Assembly (NCBI GenBank): GCA_051294905.1
Contig: CM119371.1
Coordinates: forward strand, 9,052,001 to 9,116,000
Direction of reading: 5' to 3'
DNA: 64,000 bases
DNA from: Botryllus schlosseri
Lineage: Eukaryota
Shown here: positions 36,959 to 49,755 of the stretch, piece after piece
Layout of the letters: each line of letters begins with the position of its first letter
Position numbering within the stretch: the first letter of the stretch is position 1
The notes under the pieces: model-generated
What the model saw: the letters and a program-made list of their open reading frames with translations, nothing else
The model's database searches: none
What the model was told of the DNA's origin: nothing
Made by a program: the position numbers and the translations under genes

Positions 36959-38239
36959 CACTGGCGTAGCAGCATGCGCTGCCGCCCCTGGCTCTCGCTT
37001 AAAACGCCGCCCCCTAAGTAGACCCAGGGCCGTAACAGCACTTCGTTAGGCACCAAAAACGTTGGTCTTGCCCCCCCAGACCCCCCTCACGTTATTCGCT
37101 GTTTATCGCTACTTTTCGTCTACATTGTGTGTCCGTTCCTGAGTCAGCTTTACTCGCCTATTTACATCATTCATGATTGAACCGGTCAATATGACGGGGA
37201 ATTGGATATCTATTGCTATCAATTTTTATCATCTCTCTGCTCACTTAATCTGATTTACCGGTAGAGCTGAGTGAGATGTGTTTGAAAAGGTAGGACCCGT
37301 CAATAATAATTAAACATCTTCGGGCGGGCGGATCCGTTGGTATGACTTCGTTATGTAGGCCTAATGTTGTTTCGCGAATTCCTGTCTGCTATATCAAAAT
37401 ATAGAATCGCCCAAACGTACTAAACTATAAGATCACACGATTTCAAATTGTTATTTTTTCACTGGCTTATAATTTTTCCATGCGGGATGGTATCTGTCTT
37501 TTGGGAGGTTCAGATTGCCAAGACAACAACATTCGACGCCAGTCATTTAAGCGTCTATGGACAATTAAACCTACATGTATTTTGTGTAGGCCTATATGAC
37601 GAAGTTTTCGGTCAGAATAGCTATCTCGGTCGCAGCTATCTCGGTCTGCTTTACCAAATCGTAACTCAAAGGATGGATCACTAACCTGCGGATAGATGGG
37701 CTACTTAGTTGTCACACTTGAATACCCAGACAAACCTACTGCTGAGACAGCTAAAAGCAGTATAATTGGTCAATGGTCATTTTCATCCTATAGTTGGCCT
37801 GATCGTCCGAGCGCTCAAATTTAACAATACTGATCTTAATCGAAAGCTATAGTTGCCCTGATTCCAGAAATACAATTTAAATGCTGGTTTGAAAATCGGC
37901 ATTTTTCCGAATAATCGCTCGTTATAATTTCCATTATCATGGTCAATTGGCCATTGTGTTGTTTTGCGGCGCTCCGATTGTTAGGAACAATCGGCCTTGA
38001 CGGCTATTTTAGAGTGGTTCCATTGCCATGTTAACATATTCGGAATCAGCGTGACACTAGCTTTCGATTGAGACCAGTTTGATTAATTTCAGCTCACGGG
38101 GCGCCAGCTATGGGACTACCAATTACGCTGCTTTATGCCGGCTGTGTACAGTACACTGTGCAGCCTCATTTTACCGCGCCCTTGGAGCCTGCCGCCCCTG
38201 GCGCAGAGCCAGAACCGCCAAGTGGCTGCTACGCCACTG
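36959..38239. mobile_element. CAGTGGCGTAGCAGC-ended DNA transposon derivative carrying further nested repeats
   Basis: CACTGGCGTAGCAGC / GCTGCTACGCCACTG termini; degenerate duplication of (C/G)TTGAC; contains sequence shared with 42710-43800 and 50720-51291. Confidence 0.7.
37675..38115. mobile_element. Truncated copy of the 50720-51291 foldback family
   Basis: GATCACTAACCTGCGGATAGAT ~ GATAACTAACCTACGGATAGAT; shared GAGCGCTCAAATT..GAAAGCTA internal inverted motifs. Confidence 0.65.
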
Positions 38240-39338
38240 GTTGACCCGCAGTCATAAAAAATCAAGGGCGAAATACACTACGTGTATCGATAGTCAGCGA
38301 ATGATGCTTATTCAACCAATTAACGATTGATGTCGTTGTGTGATGTCAAAAATCTAGCAGGCGTACGGGGTCAATCTTAATTTCATATGTTTATTGTATC
38401 ATAAAATCCAAATCCGTGCGATTGGGGTGCAGGCTACTGGATATGGCGGGTATGATATTTATTCGTATCGCATAATTTTTCATTTTCATGAATTTATGCG
38501 GAACGAAATATTTCAAACAAAGAAATGATATATTATAATATTCGGCGCTCTATAAATTATTATATTATATTATCATATTATAATGTTCGATTGACGAATC
38601 ACGGACTCACGGTAGGACGTTATTGGTGTAAGCTGTAGTAGATGAGTTACCGACAAATTCAAAATAGGCGGATTTTATGTGCTGAGTATGCACAAGTGAC
38701 CAATATCGATGCATCAAAAATTGAAAAGCTTGGTATAGGTGGATTTAGAATTACTGGTGGCTTTGCCTGCATACTCACGTGTTCAGAGGTTAACTCCAGG
38801 TAGATTACTGCCATGAAGCATAGAAAAGAAATCCTATTGTACGTGGCGCACAAGACCGGAAACGGTGACAGGCACCACTTAAAACTCACTATTAATAAAA
38901 AAAATATTACCTACAGATCATTAACCTGTCAACCCACACGACCTGATGACCGGAGTGTTTTACGGAATGTGAAGAAACTCGTAAAGTCGCACACAGCAGT
39001 GAATTTCTGATCCAAGTTGTTGGCCCGCTTGGCAGAACAATTGAAAAAGCGAATTTACACGATCTATTTGTGTCGATTAAAAGTGTAAACAAACGGCTAG
39101 GCAGTGGTTTTCAACCGGTGCCAGCTTTTTTGATAAACAGAAGTAGCCTGGATTGTAAACGACATCATATCTATTTTGCGATACGATTTATTTGAGATTT
39201 CGATACATAACAAATTGAACGCATTTCCAGATACTTAGTGGGTTCTTCCCGCTTTATATCCGCTCTATACCTCCTTGAAAAAAAATATGTATCAACATTA
39301 TATCTGTTTCCTCATAAAATCATTGCTATGTTATAGAC

Positions 39339-40207
39339 TAGGGGCGGGAAACTTCTCCATCCGGCGGGCCGGATAGGGGAGCATGAACACCAGGCTGGCC
39401 GGATTCCTGAATTTTTAGGAGAGTTGCCCCCGTGTGGAAGAGCCACCGATCCGTCCATCCTACCCGGCATCACCCTCTCTACATACAATTCAGAGACGCA
39501 CACATTCTCGCAACTTCGAAATACCGGTTATCTGGATGGGGCGACCGATTCACGGGCGATCCCAAATCGGTGACATGAATCTAATTCAAAAAGCAGAGAG
39601 CATTCAGCCTATTTCGGAAGCGCGAACATTTTTTGCATAAATGAATGAATTTGATCAATGATATTGGTGAGTGTCTGAGCAAGTGGTTTCTTCCAAAATT
39701 TGCTCCACGTATAATTATAATTTTGAACATTGATCACGGCATAAGAATATACATTCATGAGCTTATCGCAGATTATTCACGTCGGGCGGTTTTCATTCTT
39801 AATAATTACTTTTAAAACTCCTGCAACCCACTGGCCTCGGGCTATTATAGTGTATCCATATGATGCTGTATTCTCATAATCAAGACACGTACGTAGAGAC
39901 ACTAAATCGCGCGAAGCTTGCGACATTTTTTAAAGTTTGAATCCATCTACACGAAAATACTCCACTATTTACTGATATTACGAAAATTTTCGAAAAAATT
40001 GGGAATTGTATGACCCCACTCGCCCCTGGTCACGTTGATGCGATGAACATCAGTTGTATTGGAACGTCGCTTTGTCTTGCTAATGTTCATGATCGAAAAT
40101 GTTTGCGTCCAATTTCCTGTAGACGGCGATGCGCGGGCAGCATCATTACGTAAGACCTTAAACTGCCGGCGGGTCGCACAAAATCCAGCCGTATGTTGCC
40201 CGCCCTG
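39339..40207. mobile_element. Buster/Charlie-type hAT MITE
   Basis: TAGGGGCGGGAAACT / GTTGCCCGCCCTG termini; perfect TSD TTATAGAC. Confidence 0.85.
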
Positions 40208-40495
40208 TTATAGACAGATCAAATTGCAGTTTCAACTTTTGTTATTAAAGGTGTAAGGATGGGCCTCTGTAACGTAACATTTCTAGCAGTCGTGTAGACA
40301 TTGATAGGCGTGTTGACAAAGATCCCCTGCTTAGGTGCAAGCCCGTACAGTAATAATACTGATTTTATTCCCAACCTTTTATGATATCATAACAGCATTT
40401 CAAGCTTCAGAGTACGGATGGAGCAACTTCAAATTATTCACGTACTCAAGACGAGCATTTTAAAGCGTGCGTAAAAACTTCTACCGATTCTATGG

Positions 40496-40940
40496 TAGGC
40501 TTACCATACGTCCTCTTTTAAGAGGAATTGTCCTCTTTTTTGACTTTTTTGAAAGTGTCCTCGGAGGACGCCCTTTTGTCCTCTTTTTTGAGATTTTGTC
40601 CTCTTTTTTGAAAATTGAAGTCAGATTTAGAGGAAACTGCGAGTGATATGCCGCAAATTAGCGCAGAAGTGAAGCTCCGGCGGGTATTTCGGAGGGAAAA
40701 GCGGTGATTTCAGCTCTGAGCGAAGACCTTTTTTTTTAGTCATCCACCTAGCAATGTGGAGTGAAAAACGTGATTTTGAGCTCTGAGCGGAAGTGATGAC
40801 CTTTTTTTTTTTTTTTTTTAGTCAACCGATCATGAAGTGGGGAAAATTTACCGGTTTTTGAGAATTCTTCTCCAGTTTTGCACGTCTGGAATTTCTGAAA
40901 AAGTATCCTCTTTTTTCATTTCCGAAATATGGTAAGCCTA
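40496..40940. mobile_element. hAT MITE family B, copy 2 (inverted relative to 20111)
   Basis: TAGGCTTACCATA TIRs; TSD TTCTATGG / TTCTATGA. Confidence 0.93.
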
Positions 40941-42251
40941 TTCTATGACAGTTGTTTTAGTATTGTTAGACACAAAAAGAAAGGAAGAAAGAAAGAAAAA
41001 GGACGGCATCGCAAAAAAGAGAATACATAAACGATTGTGATACCTAATTAAGCTAAACAACATTCAAAAAAATATTGACCGATCACAGTAAGGGGTAGAG
41101 TGCTACACAATGACACAAGCAAGCATCGAATGCATATCATTACTGCTCACCAGACCGATAAGGTGACAAGCGCCACAATGTCCCATTTTCAAAAATAATA
41201 ATAATAATAATAATTACTGCTCGCGTAAGATATCTGTCGACAAATAAAGTGTGAGTTTCAGGGTCTAAATTTACGCTAATAACCCATAATTCTGTGGGTT
41301 GTCTAGTTTGATACTCGAGCAATAGTCAGCTAACATATGTAAGCTCCAATCTACTCTGGTATCTTACCCCCGTCATCTTCAGTTGTTGGGGGATAATTTC
41401 TCCTTGCCCATCTCTGACTATGTCAGCGTCTTAAGGGATATTATTTAGGTATTTTAGCTTTTTTTTAAATGTCTTCTGCCTGACACAAACATACGGCAGT
41501 TGGAAATGTGTATCAGGGTTACAGGTGCAATGTGCATCTTATTGTTTGGCCACTGAGAAAACATAATATTTCAAAGCTGACAATATGATCCAATCGTGCT
41601 CGTGATATTGCAACAATTCATTGTTTCTGTATTATTATCATTGTTTCTGTATCATCCACAAAGACCAACTGAGTGTGGAATTGTTACTGCTCCTAAGACG
41701 CTGCCATTTGGGAGAATGCCACACCTTAGGATGATTTTTGAGCTACCTATCGGCATTTGCCATTCACTTGAGATTTAAATCGGGGTTCCTAACTCCTGCA
41801 GTAATCCATGGTAAGAGTATGATGCCAATAATGCCAGTATCACGGCAATACACAAAGCTTCCGAAAGTAGGCCTACGAAGAAAAGACTGTTTCTCCTGAT
41901 CGAAAGTGGGATATACCTCCTCTATACCTTGCTAAGTAATCTTTTCTCACTTCGTAAGGATGTTAAAAGTCCCAAACCTTATGTCATATTGATAACCTGT
42001 GTTGATGGACTACTCCACGTTCTGAATCATCTTCGGTTTCAAAATCTTCATCATTAGGCCTGCTATACCTAAGATCTTCATCTTGATCCAAATTATCGCG
42101 CGTATAGAAGTTTCCTGTTACACTGGATACGCTGAAGGGGAAATTAGACCTACAGCTGATAGTAAATTTGATGTTTATTTTTCTTGCCATATCCTGCATT
42201 TTGCATCAAATATGTGTCTGAAATATCCTCGAATTATTGCATCCTCTAACC

Positions 42252-43983
42252 AAGTGGTTCTTAACCTTTTTTCCTCCAGCGCCCCCTTTTAAAAATTTTC
42301 GTGCTCCAGCGCCTGCCAACCTCATATTGTAAGGAATGTAATAAAGACAATGACCAAGAGGGAGGGCAATAACAGCACTTCGTCTACCCCCTAAAAATGA
42401 TTGCCTTGCGCACCCGAAGCGTGATAAACCAAACTTCTAAGGGCTTCGCCCCCAAGAACGCCGTAGCGTGATTTCGATGGTGAGCTAAGTTTGTGTGGCC
42501 TGGTCGCCCTAAGGTACCAAAATTTTCTATAATGCATGAATGAATAGGTAGTAATTACATATATAAGTCGCTATAAACTTTTTATCCCCTCAGCCCACGT
42601 AATCAGATTTACCAGTAGCGCCGAGTGAGCTGTTGTATGGGTTAATAAAGGGCACGTAATTATTAATTAAACATATTCGGGCGTGCTCGTGGGTACAATT
42701 AATTCGTTACCAGGGCCGTAACAGCACTTCGTCACCACCTCCCCCTCAAAAAACGTTGGTCTTGGGCCCCCCATCGAGTGATAAGCCAGACTTTCGGGGG
42801 GCTTCGCCGCCAGACCCTCCTTCGGCTATCCGCTATTTGCTGATACTAGTCATCTACATTGGGTGTCCGTTTACTGAGCCAGCTATTCTTGGCCAGACGC
42901 GCGAAGCGCGAAAATTTCAATAATTATTGATTGAATTGGTCAATATGATCGGGAATTGCATGTATACTGATATCAATTTTTGTCCTCTCTCTGCTCACGT
43001 AAACAGATTTACTGGTAGAGCTGAGTGATGTGTGATTGAAAAGGTAGGACCCCTCAATAATAATTATACATCTTAGGGCGTATACCCGTTGGCAGGAACG
43101 AAACGGCACTACGTCAGCCCGCCCCCCCCCCCCCCCGATAAAAACTTTGGTCTTGGGCTCCCATAGGGCGATAAACCAACCGCCCCCCATCACACTGTTC
43201 GCTTTGGCCACGAAATAAGCTGTACTGTTTAGCGAGCCAGTGCGAAGCGCGAACACTTCCGATAATTCATGACAAAATCGGTCAGTAAGATCGGGAATTG
43301 AATATATATTTCAATCAATTTCTTGTCCTCTCTGTTCACGTTACCAGATTTACCGTCAAAGCTGAGTGAGGTGCAATGTTCCCTCTAAGCTGCGCACGTG
43401 CGCAGTGCTGAAACGGACTCTGCCCACAAAAAAATCTACGTTGCGCACAACAAATCCGACGTTATGACCTTTTTTAGTCGTTACGCACTGTTGTCCAAGG
43501 GTCTGCGCAGTGAGTTGTTGAGTGTGCGCAGACTCGTCAAAACGTAGAGCTAACATTGTGAGGTGTCTTGGAAACTGTAGGGCCCGTAACTAATAATTAA
43601 ACATATTCGGGAGGTAGAACCCGGTGGTATGACTTCGTTGCATGATGTTTTTTCGTGATCTCCTGTCTGCTATATCAAAAAATATAGAATCGCCCAACAG
43701 GGATATCGTCCAACAGGAATATCTAGCTTGCCAAGACAGGAACATTCGGTGCCAATCATTTAGGCGCCAATGGACAATTAAACCTATATGTCGAAGTTTT
43801 CGGTGTTAATTTGCTATGAATACCATTAGGGAGATGTCCAACCACCACATTATCTACTGCGAGCCATTTTTCTTCATCGCCCCCCATACCGCCCCCTGAG
43901 CCCATCGTCCCCGAGCGTTTCCGCCCGCTTCAAAATCTCCTGCGCCCCTTGGGGGGCGCTGGAGGCAAGGTTGAGAACCACTG
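42252..43983. mobile_element. Buster-type hAT element with an internal array of ~350-400-bp units
   Basis: (C>A)AGTGGTTCTTAACC / GGTTGAGAACCACTG; perfect TSD CTCTAACC. Confidence 0.88.
43374..43558. mobile_element. 185-bp hAT MITE nested in 42252-43983
   Basis: CAATGTTCCCTCTA / TAGAGCTAACATTG termini; TGAGGTG duplicated on both sides. Confidence 0.8.
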
Positions 43984-46067
43984 CTCTAACCAAAAATGGG
44001 TGAAAGCATCGGCCCTAGGTCGATACCATCACCCTTTTTCTTAATAATTCAATTAAGCTCTTGGCTGTACAACTTATTTCATGGGGAAAGTGTAGATTTT
44101 TTATGATATGGAAAAATAATATGGTTAAATTCGTGAAAATTTGCATATTTTGAGCATATGTCGTAGAGCAAAAACTTGACGTGATAGAAGAAAACCAACG
44201 GCATTTTTGAAATCAGCACTCCAAAGTCAGCCTAAATCAAGTGCGAAATCAAAGTCAACAAATTTTTCGTTCAAAATTGTTGCCCAGTGTAATCGAAGAT
44301 GTTGCGGGCCGCAAAATTAGCATATGCGGGCCGCGTGTTAGAAACTCCTGTAATACGACAAATTTCAATTATATCCACCATAATGCGTGATGTAAATACT
44401 GGAATTCTTAATAGGTCCAGTTTTCGTTAAAATAAAATGTTTTTATGTTAACATTTGTCAGTTTAAAGTCGAAAAAGTTTTTTCAGGCCAACCTAATTCG
44501 TAAAGACAGACAATTCTAACATTATGTGCGAAAACACCTAATTTTAGGGAGAAATTCCGTCAAGATGAAGTTTTTCAAGGTCAAAATATTCCGTTTTTAG
44601 GTAATAAAACGACCTAAGAATAAATACCATACGTCCCTCATTTTAGCTAATGAAGATAATGAATATGTCCCATACGTTGGCGGGGGAATCTGACATTTGA
44701 TCTACTAAATCCCCAATGATTGCGGCGATGTAAAATGGTATTGTAAGATATAAGCAGAGGTTCTCAACTTTTTTTTGGCTGTGGCCCATTTTTCAATATG
44801 AAAATGTTCTGTGGCCTGCCTCTTATCCTGGGGTCATAGTCCCGCTCAATGCGTGGTGATTTCCGACGCCGATATGTCTTATTTTTTTTAAATATGTGCA
44901 TTTTTTCATGCTATTCATATTAAAATCTAAACCTCTATGGACGTGAATAAATCTCCATAAAACGACTTACGAAATAATTCCAGGCCTCCTTCGACCCCCT
45001 CTTCCCAATTGGAGGGATTTCGGATACGGTAGTTATGGCGCTGGTAGCCTGTATAACTCTTATGTATTGTGGCCGTCCACTGATCGACGCACGTTGCGAA
45101 ACACTATGATCTAATCCCCGCATTCACGAACTCGATTTGGGCGATTAGGGTTTTAGCTTCACCATGGTGGGGTAACTGTGGTAGTGAAATGTTTCTGAGC
45201 CAGATATAACAATTGTTTACGTGATTTGGGTTAATGTGACACTACAGAGAGGTGAAGAAAGAATTTTTATTAAGCTAGCTGTGCGTATGTCGCGTACCTA
45301 CGGAAGTTGCGATGTCAGAACATTCAGTCCAATGATGCAAACTATTCATGCGACTCTTACATTATGTAGCCTATGATTTCAAGGCAGGGCATTTTCAGAC
45401 CGTCATTCCAATGATTTATATACGCTGCTCTAAATCCTCATCTAATACGATTCGTTGTCATGATGCCGTATACTTCCACATGAAGTTGATCAATAATATT
45501 AAATTGTTATTATGACTATTTTTATGTTTCAATTACGATCTGTCGAAGTACCGTTAATCTACATCAAATGCACTTCAGTTCGAGTTTAATACGAAATGAT
45601 TTTCGTTACTGTTGTCCGTATAGGTTGTCGTCATATAGGCGTAGCCGTGGGAAAATGACGCCGTTTCTCCATCCCCTTTTCGACTTGTACATTGTTACTC
45701 CATACGTGTCACTGCGTCTCGTCTGAATGGGCTGAAATGCTTGATCTAGCCTTTCTACGTACATTCGATAATATGAATATATATGTTCTAAGCGAATAAC
45801 ATAACAAATATAACTAAATTTTCACTAAATCTATAATTTTCCAAATAACTCTGTGGCCAACCTCAAAAAGCCCCCGATTTTTTAAACATGAAAATTATCT
45901 TCGCGCCTCGTGCGAATTCATGACGCTCAGTGGCTCCAAAATCCCGCAGTGGGCGATATCGCCCCTCGGTGGGCCATTGTGAGGAACCAGGGGGCGATAG
46001 AGGGTGAAAATGAAAGAACGTCCAGAGATATATATTTGATTAACACGGCCAAAATATGCCGGTTAGG

Positions 46068-46422
46068 TAGGGTTACCATACGTCCTATTTCAAGGGAATA
46101 TTTCTCCTCTTTTTTCACTAAATCGAAAGTGTCCTCGGAGGACGCCTAAATGTCCTCTTTTGGGGGAATTTGCGATCTTTTTCTGGAAAAAGTATCAAAA
46201 TTCGATAAAAAACGTAACAGTGTACCCCGACGCAGCGAACGTCAGAGTTTCGTAAAAAAATGGGGTAAACCTGGAGTCGATTCAAGGTAATGACCTTTTT
46301 GTAGTCAACACACCACTTTCGATCGACAAGTTTTCGAAATCACCAACTTTCTTTACCGGTGATGGAGCTTTCAATTTTGTTTAAGAGTCCTCCTTTTCCG
46401 ATCTCAAAATATGGTAACGTTA
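46068..46422. mobile_element. Divergent family B-like hAT MITE
   Basis: TAGGGTTACCATACGTCC and TATGGTAACGTTA ends; shared AAAGTGTCCTCGGAGGACGCC motif; no TSD seen. Confidence 0.75.
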
Positions 46423-47112
46423 TACATATGTAAATCAAAATTGGAAATGTTAAATATTTTTCAGTAACCTGTTCTTTGAGAATGCAACCATATTCAAACT
46501 GCAGAATGCTGATACAATATTTTACCATAGAGGTACACCCTTCTACCTTATTCCTCAGTGTGGTACCAAGGTCGCTCGCCATCAGGCGTCTCGCTCTCTA
46601 ACCTTTGGCGACATTTTTACAAAGCGTCAAGCAATCAGGAATTTTCTATAGTGATCAGTCGATATTAGGAAGTAACTGTGTCTCACGAAACAAGAGTATT
46701 CACGAAAATAGGAACCGACTCAGAATTATTTCGGAGTCATAAATCCTGCGTGCGTACGCGCATATACCTTCATACGGTCCTATTTTCATGCATGATTTGG
46801 ATTAAAACGTTGTACTCGATTTATACCGCTGTATAAGTCTGACGTAGGTTCTGTTTCGTGTATTAGGGGTTGTACACGGGTGGGAATACACACTCTTTTC
46901 GCCAAGAGTATAGATATATCACCTCTACATGGACGTTTTCAACAGCAAACTGCACGAAAGGTACAAGTCCCGACTCGATCATCACCGCAGAGCAGAGTAT
47001 TTGTAACGGAAGCAAGTTTAAAAATCAACCCACAGATATACGCGGCTTTACGTCGTCTGTTGTGCACCGCTACAGTACGCCTACTTGCCGCTACGCGGGC
47101 TTTCAAATAGAT

Positions 47113-48453
47113 CAGTGGTCGGGAACCTATGGCTCGCGAGCCGTATATGGCTCTTTTGGGCATAAAGTATGGCTCTTTGCGAAAATTCTAATTTTGTGCA
47201 TAATTTATCAATATTGCAGCTTCTTGTTATTAAATCTTCAACACGACCAGTATAATTATTCTTGTGGCAGTATAAACATGTCTTTGAGAGGTGAATACAG
47301 TGGCGTATTCAGGGTTAGGGGCTTGGACCCCGTTTCAAAATCCTCAAATCTAAGTTGCTGTCACGCCTGCGCCACGAAATCTCGGATTGCGCGATGCGTT
47401 GATTGCTCAATGAGAATAGCAAACAAGGCGACGGCTGTATGACAATGCAGTTTTCAAATACACATTGTCTTCCTGATCTACGGCGAGAAATGAACTCCGT
47501 GGAAGTGACATTCACAGCAATTACAAATTCAAATTACAAACAACGCCATAGTGATCCACGTTCTTGATTGAGAACGTAGCTTTGTAGTTGCCGTTCAAAT
47601 GTAGGCGTGTGGCACAGCGTTGTGTTATCGCCGAATACTTTAAGAATTGAGAAATCGAATCGGAATCGGTGCGGCAATTACATTCAATTACGAAAAAAAA
47701 TGGGCAGAACATCTAAGAGCCGTTTGTGAAGTTTTCGAGATTGCTGATTAGGAATATTACATTAGTGATTAGAGATTGGCTCTTGCACCCCTAAAAAAGT
47801 CCAAAATTACTGTATTTACCATAGAATATTTCACTTGGCAAGAAGAAAATCGTATTTTTTTCTAATTTTATACTGCACTTCAATAGATAATATTTGACTA
47901 TGAAGAACCCTCATGTCGTCCACATGAGTTATCTCCAAAACAAGAGTCAATTTGAAAAAACTAACGTCATTTTCGGAATCAGCGTCCTTCAGAACCACCA
48001 AAACCACTCTTACTTTGTATGCCTAAAAATATGTGTTGACCAGTGTTATCAGTTATTATAAATTCCATATTTGCGATGAATTGCGCTTTGTTTATCCCGG
48101 CCGTGTCTCACCTATGCCTTACTTCCCCTTTCACGCTATATTTTCGAACAATAAATATGCAAGTTGCGTGTTTTTCGTAGTAAAAATGTTCAAAATCTAG
48201 TAGACAGGTAAGGCACTGTCTCACGTGCCTCCCCTGTAACCACGTCACTGACGCAAATTAGGTATATTCACGATGCTTGAATATTTTTTCGGGCTTAATT
48301 CGTCAATATTAATTCTGCTGTATCCGTCATTTGCGAAAACGATTTTTTCAATTGTGACGTATTAGTTGATTAAATCGTATGGCTCTTTGGAAGTAAAGAT
48401 GGAAAATATGGGGTCAATATGGCTGTTAGGACAAAAAAGGTTCCCGACCACTG
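47113..48453. mobile_element. Buster-type hAT element with nested fragments
   Basis: CAGTGGTCGGGAACC / GGTTCCCGACCACTG; perfect TSD AAATAGAT; ATATGGCTC subterminal repeats; contains a Chapaev-like end GTGTTGACCAGTG|TTA at 48045. Confidence 0.9.
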
Positions 48454-48944
48454 AAATAGATTAAAGCCATTCTATCATATTTAATCGGTTTCCCGAATAT
48501 GATTAAACATAAACGCGTAGTTTAACATCCACGCCACCTAAATGTGACTGGTTCGGATGTGGCCGGTTAGAGTAAGGTTAAGCAATTAAGAAACAGAGAA
48601 TATTTTGTCAAAAGCCAAAATTTTAAATTGCATTCTGGGTCGAAATAGTTTTATTTCCAATTTGAAGGCAGTGAATTGCCTTGTTAAAACAGGCAGTTAT
48701 GTGTATGCGTTAATATTTAATATAGTGGAAAAAGGACCATTAATTTACAAGAATGAGATTTAGTTGTTGTCATTATCCCAAACAAGGATAAAAACGAAAA
48801 TAATTTGACTCTCTTTCAAAGCACATTAACCCCAGACACTTCTGTTAAGTTCAGTCACAAAAATATTATTGAAATTTCAGCATCAGCCTCCACTTTTCTT
48901 CTTATGATGTGACATTTTATGGGTCACAGCGGCCGCTAATCACG

Positions 48945-49320
48945 TGTACTGATTGACTTGTTCTACAAATTAGGGATTTGGAAATGTATAGCGTAACAAT
49001 TTAAAAGATAGAAAGTTTAATTCGTAATGTAACGACAGCAGCAAACCAAATTTGAACTAAACTATATCGAAACCGTACATGTGATTTCATTTGTTGCGAC
49101 AAACTTTGCTATTGTGGCTCTGTTTTGAATTTGGATTACGTATGCGACGTACGTATGCTACGCGATCCCGGTACATAAATAAGTATGTCCCGTTCAGTTT
49201 ATAAAGCCTATGGTTTTATTTCACGCATTCCGTTCAAAAGTAGGCTCTATGTTTTAATTTCAAAGCAACTTTTCGCGGGCGGTCAGAATCGAATCGCAGA
49301 CCGTCGCGTCAAATGCGTAG
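48945..49320. mobile_element. Remnant of the same hAT family as 62137-63482
   Basis: Shared blocks ACTGATTGACTTG, AAATTTGAACTAAACTATAT, AGCCTATGGTTTTA, AAGCAAC(T/C)TTTCGCGGGC with 63110-63440. Confidence 0.7.
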
Positions 49321-49755
49321 AACTTGATTGTGTAGCAATCGCGTTAGCCCCCCTTGTCATGAATGTCAATTACTGCAAAATCAGAAGGAGGAAATACGAT
49401 AGGATGACGGTTAAAATATGCACCAAATCCCTAAAAAATGTGTCTTAATAACATTTGAGGATATCTATTTGACTACTTGATTTCATTTGTGTCTTATTCA
49501 AGACATCGTGTTTGCTCAGATAATATCGGACATCACGTGCGCTGGGGGGCTTGGATGTCGTCGGCCAAAACTTTAGGGACGTGGTAGCTTTTGTTTTCAC
49601 CCGCAGCATGATAATTGTGAAATTGCGTGTTTGCTTCCCGGATAAGTTGGAAGAGCAAGCCTAAAGCATAAATCAGGAACTTCTGATAACTATATTTATT
49701 TGACATAGCCTATATCATACGATGTGCTCATTTTAGACCAGCAGTGCGTGGTTTG

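Larger units (their letters stand above)
36621..38425. mobile_element. hAT MITE family A, copy 4 (inverted, truncated), split by a 1.28-kb nested insert
   Basis: TAGGGATGGTGTGAACGTGAGG at 36621; family A sequence stops at GAGCTTGAC (36957) and resumes TTGACCCGC at 38241. Confidence 0.85.
41200..44289 (-). mobile_element. Chapaev3 deletion derivative of the same family as the 28.6-31.2 kb arms, retaining its 5' TIR, interrupted by a hAT insertion
   Basis: 41238-42243 is collinear with 28910-29883; resumes at 43992 and ends TTGTTGCCCAGTG|TAA at 44289 (TWA target). Track ORF 41984..42199 holds the acidic linker ...DEDFETEDDSERGVVHQHRL. Confidence 0.82.

Noticed and set aside
46870-47442. 190-aa ORF
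   Set aside because: From 47113 onward it reads through a hAT element with a perfect TSD, so its length is artefactual; only 46867-46960 remains a weak exon candidate.
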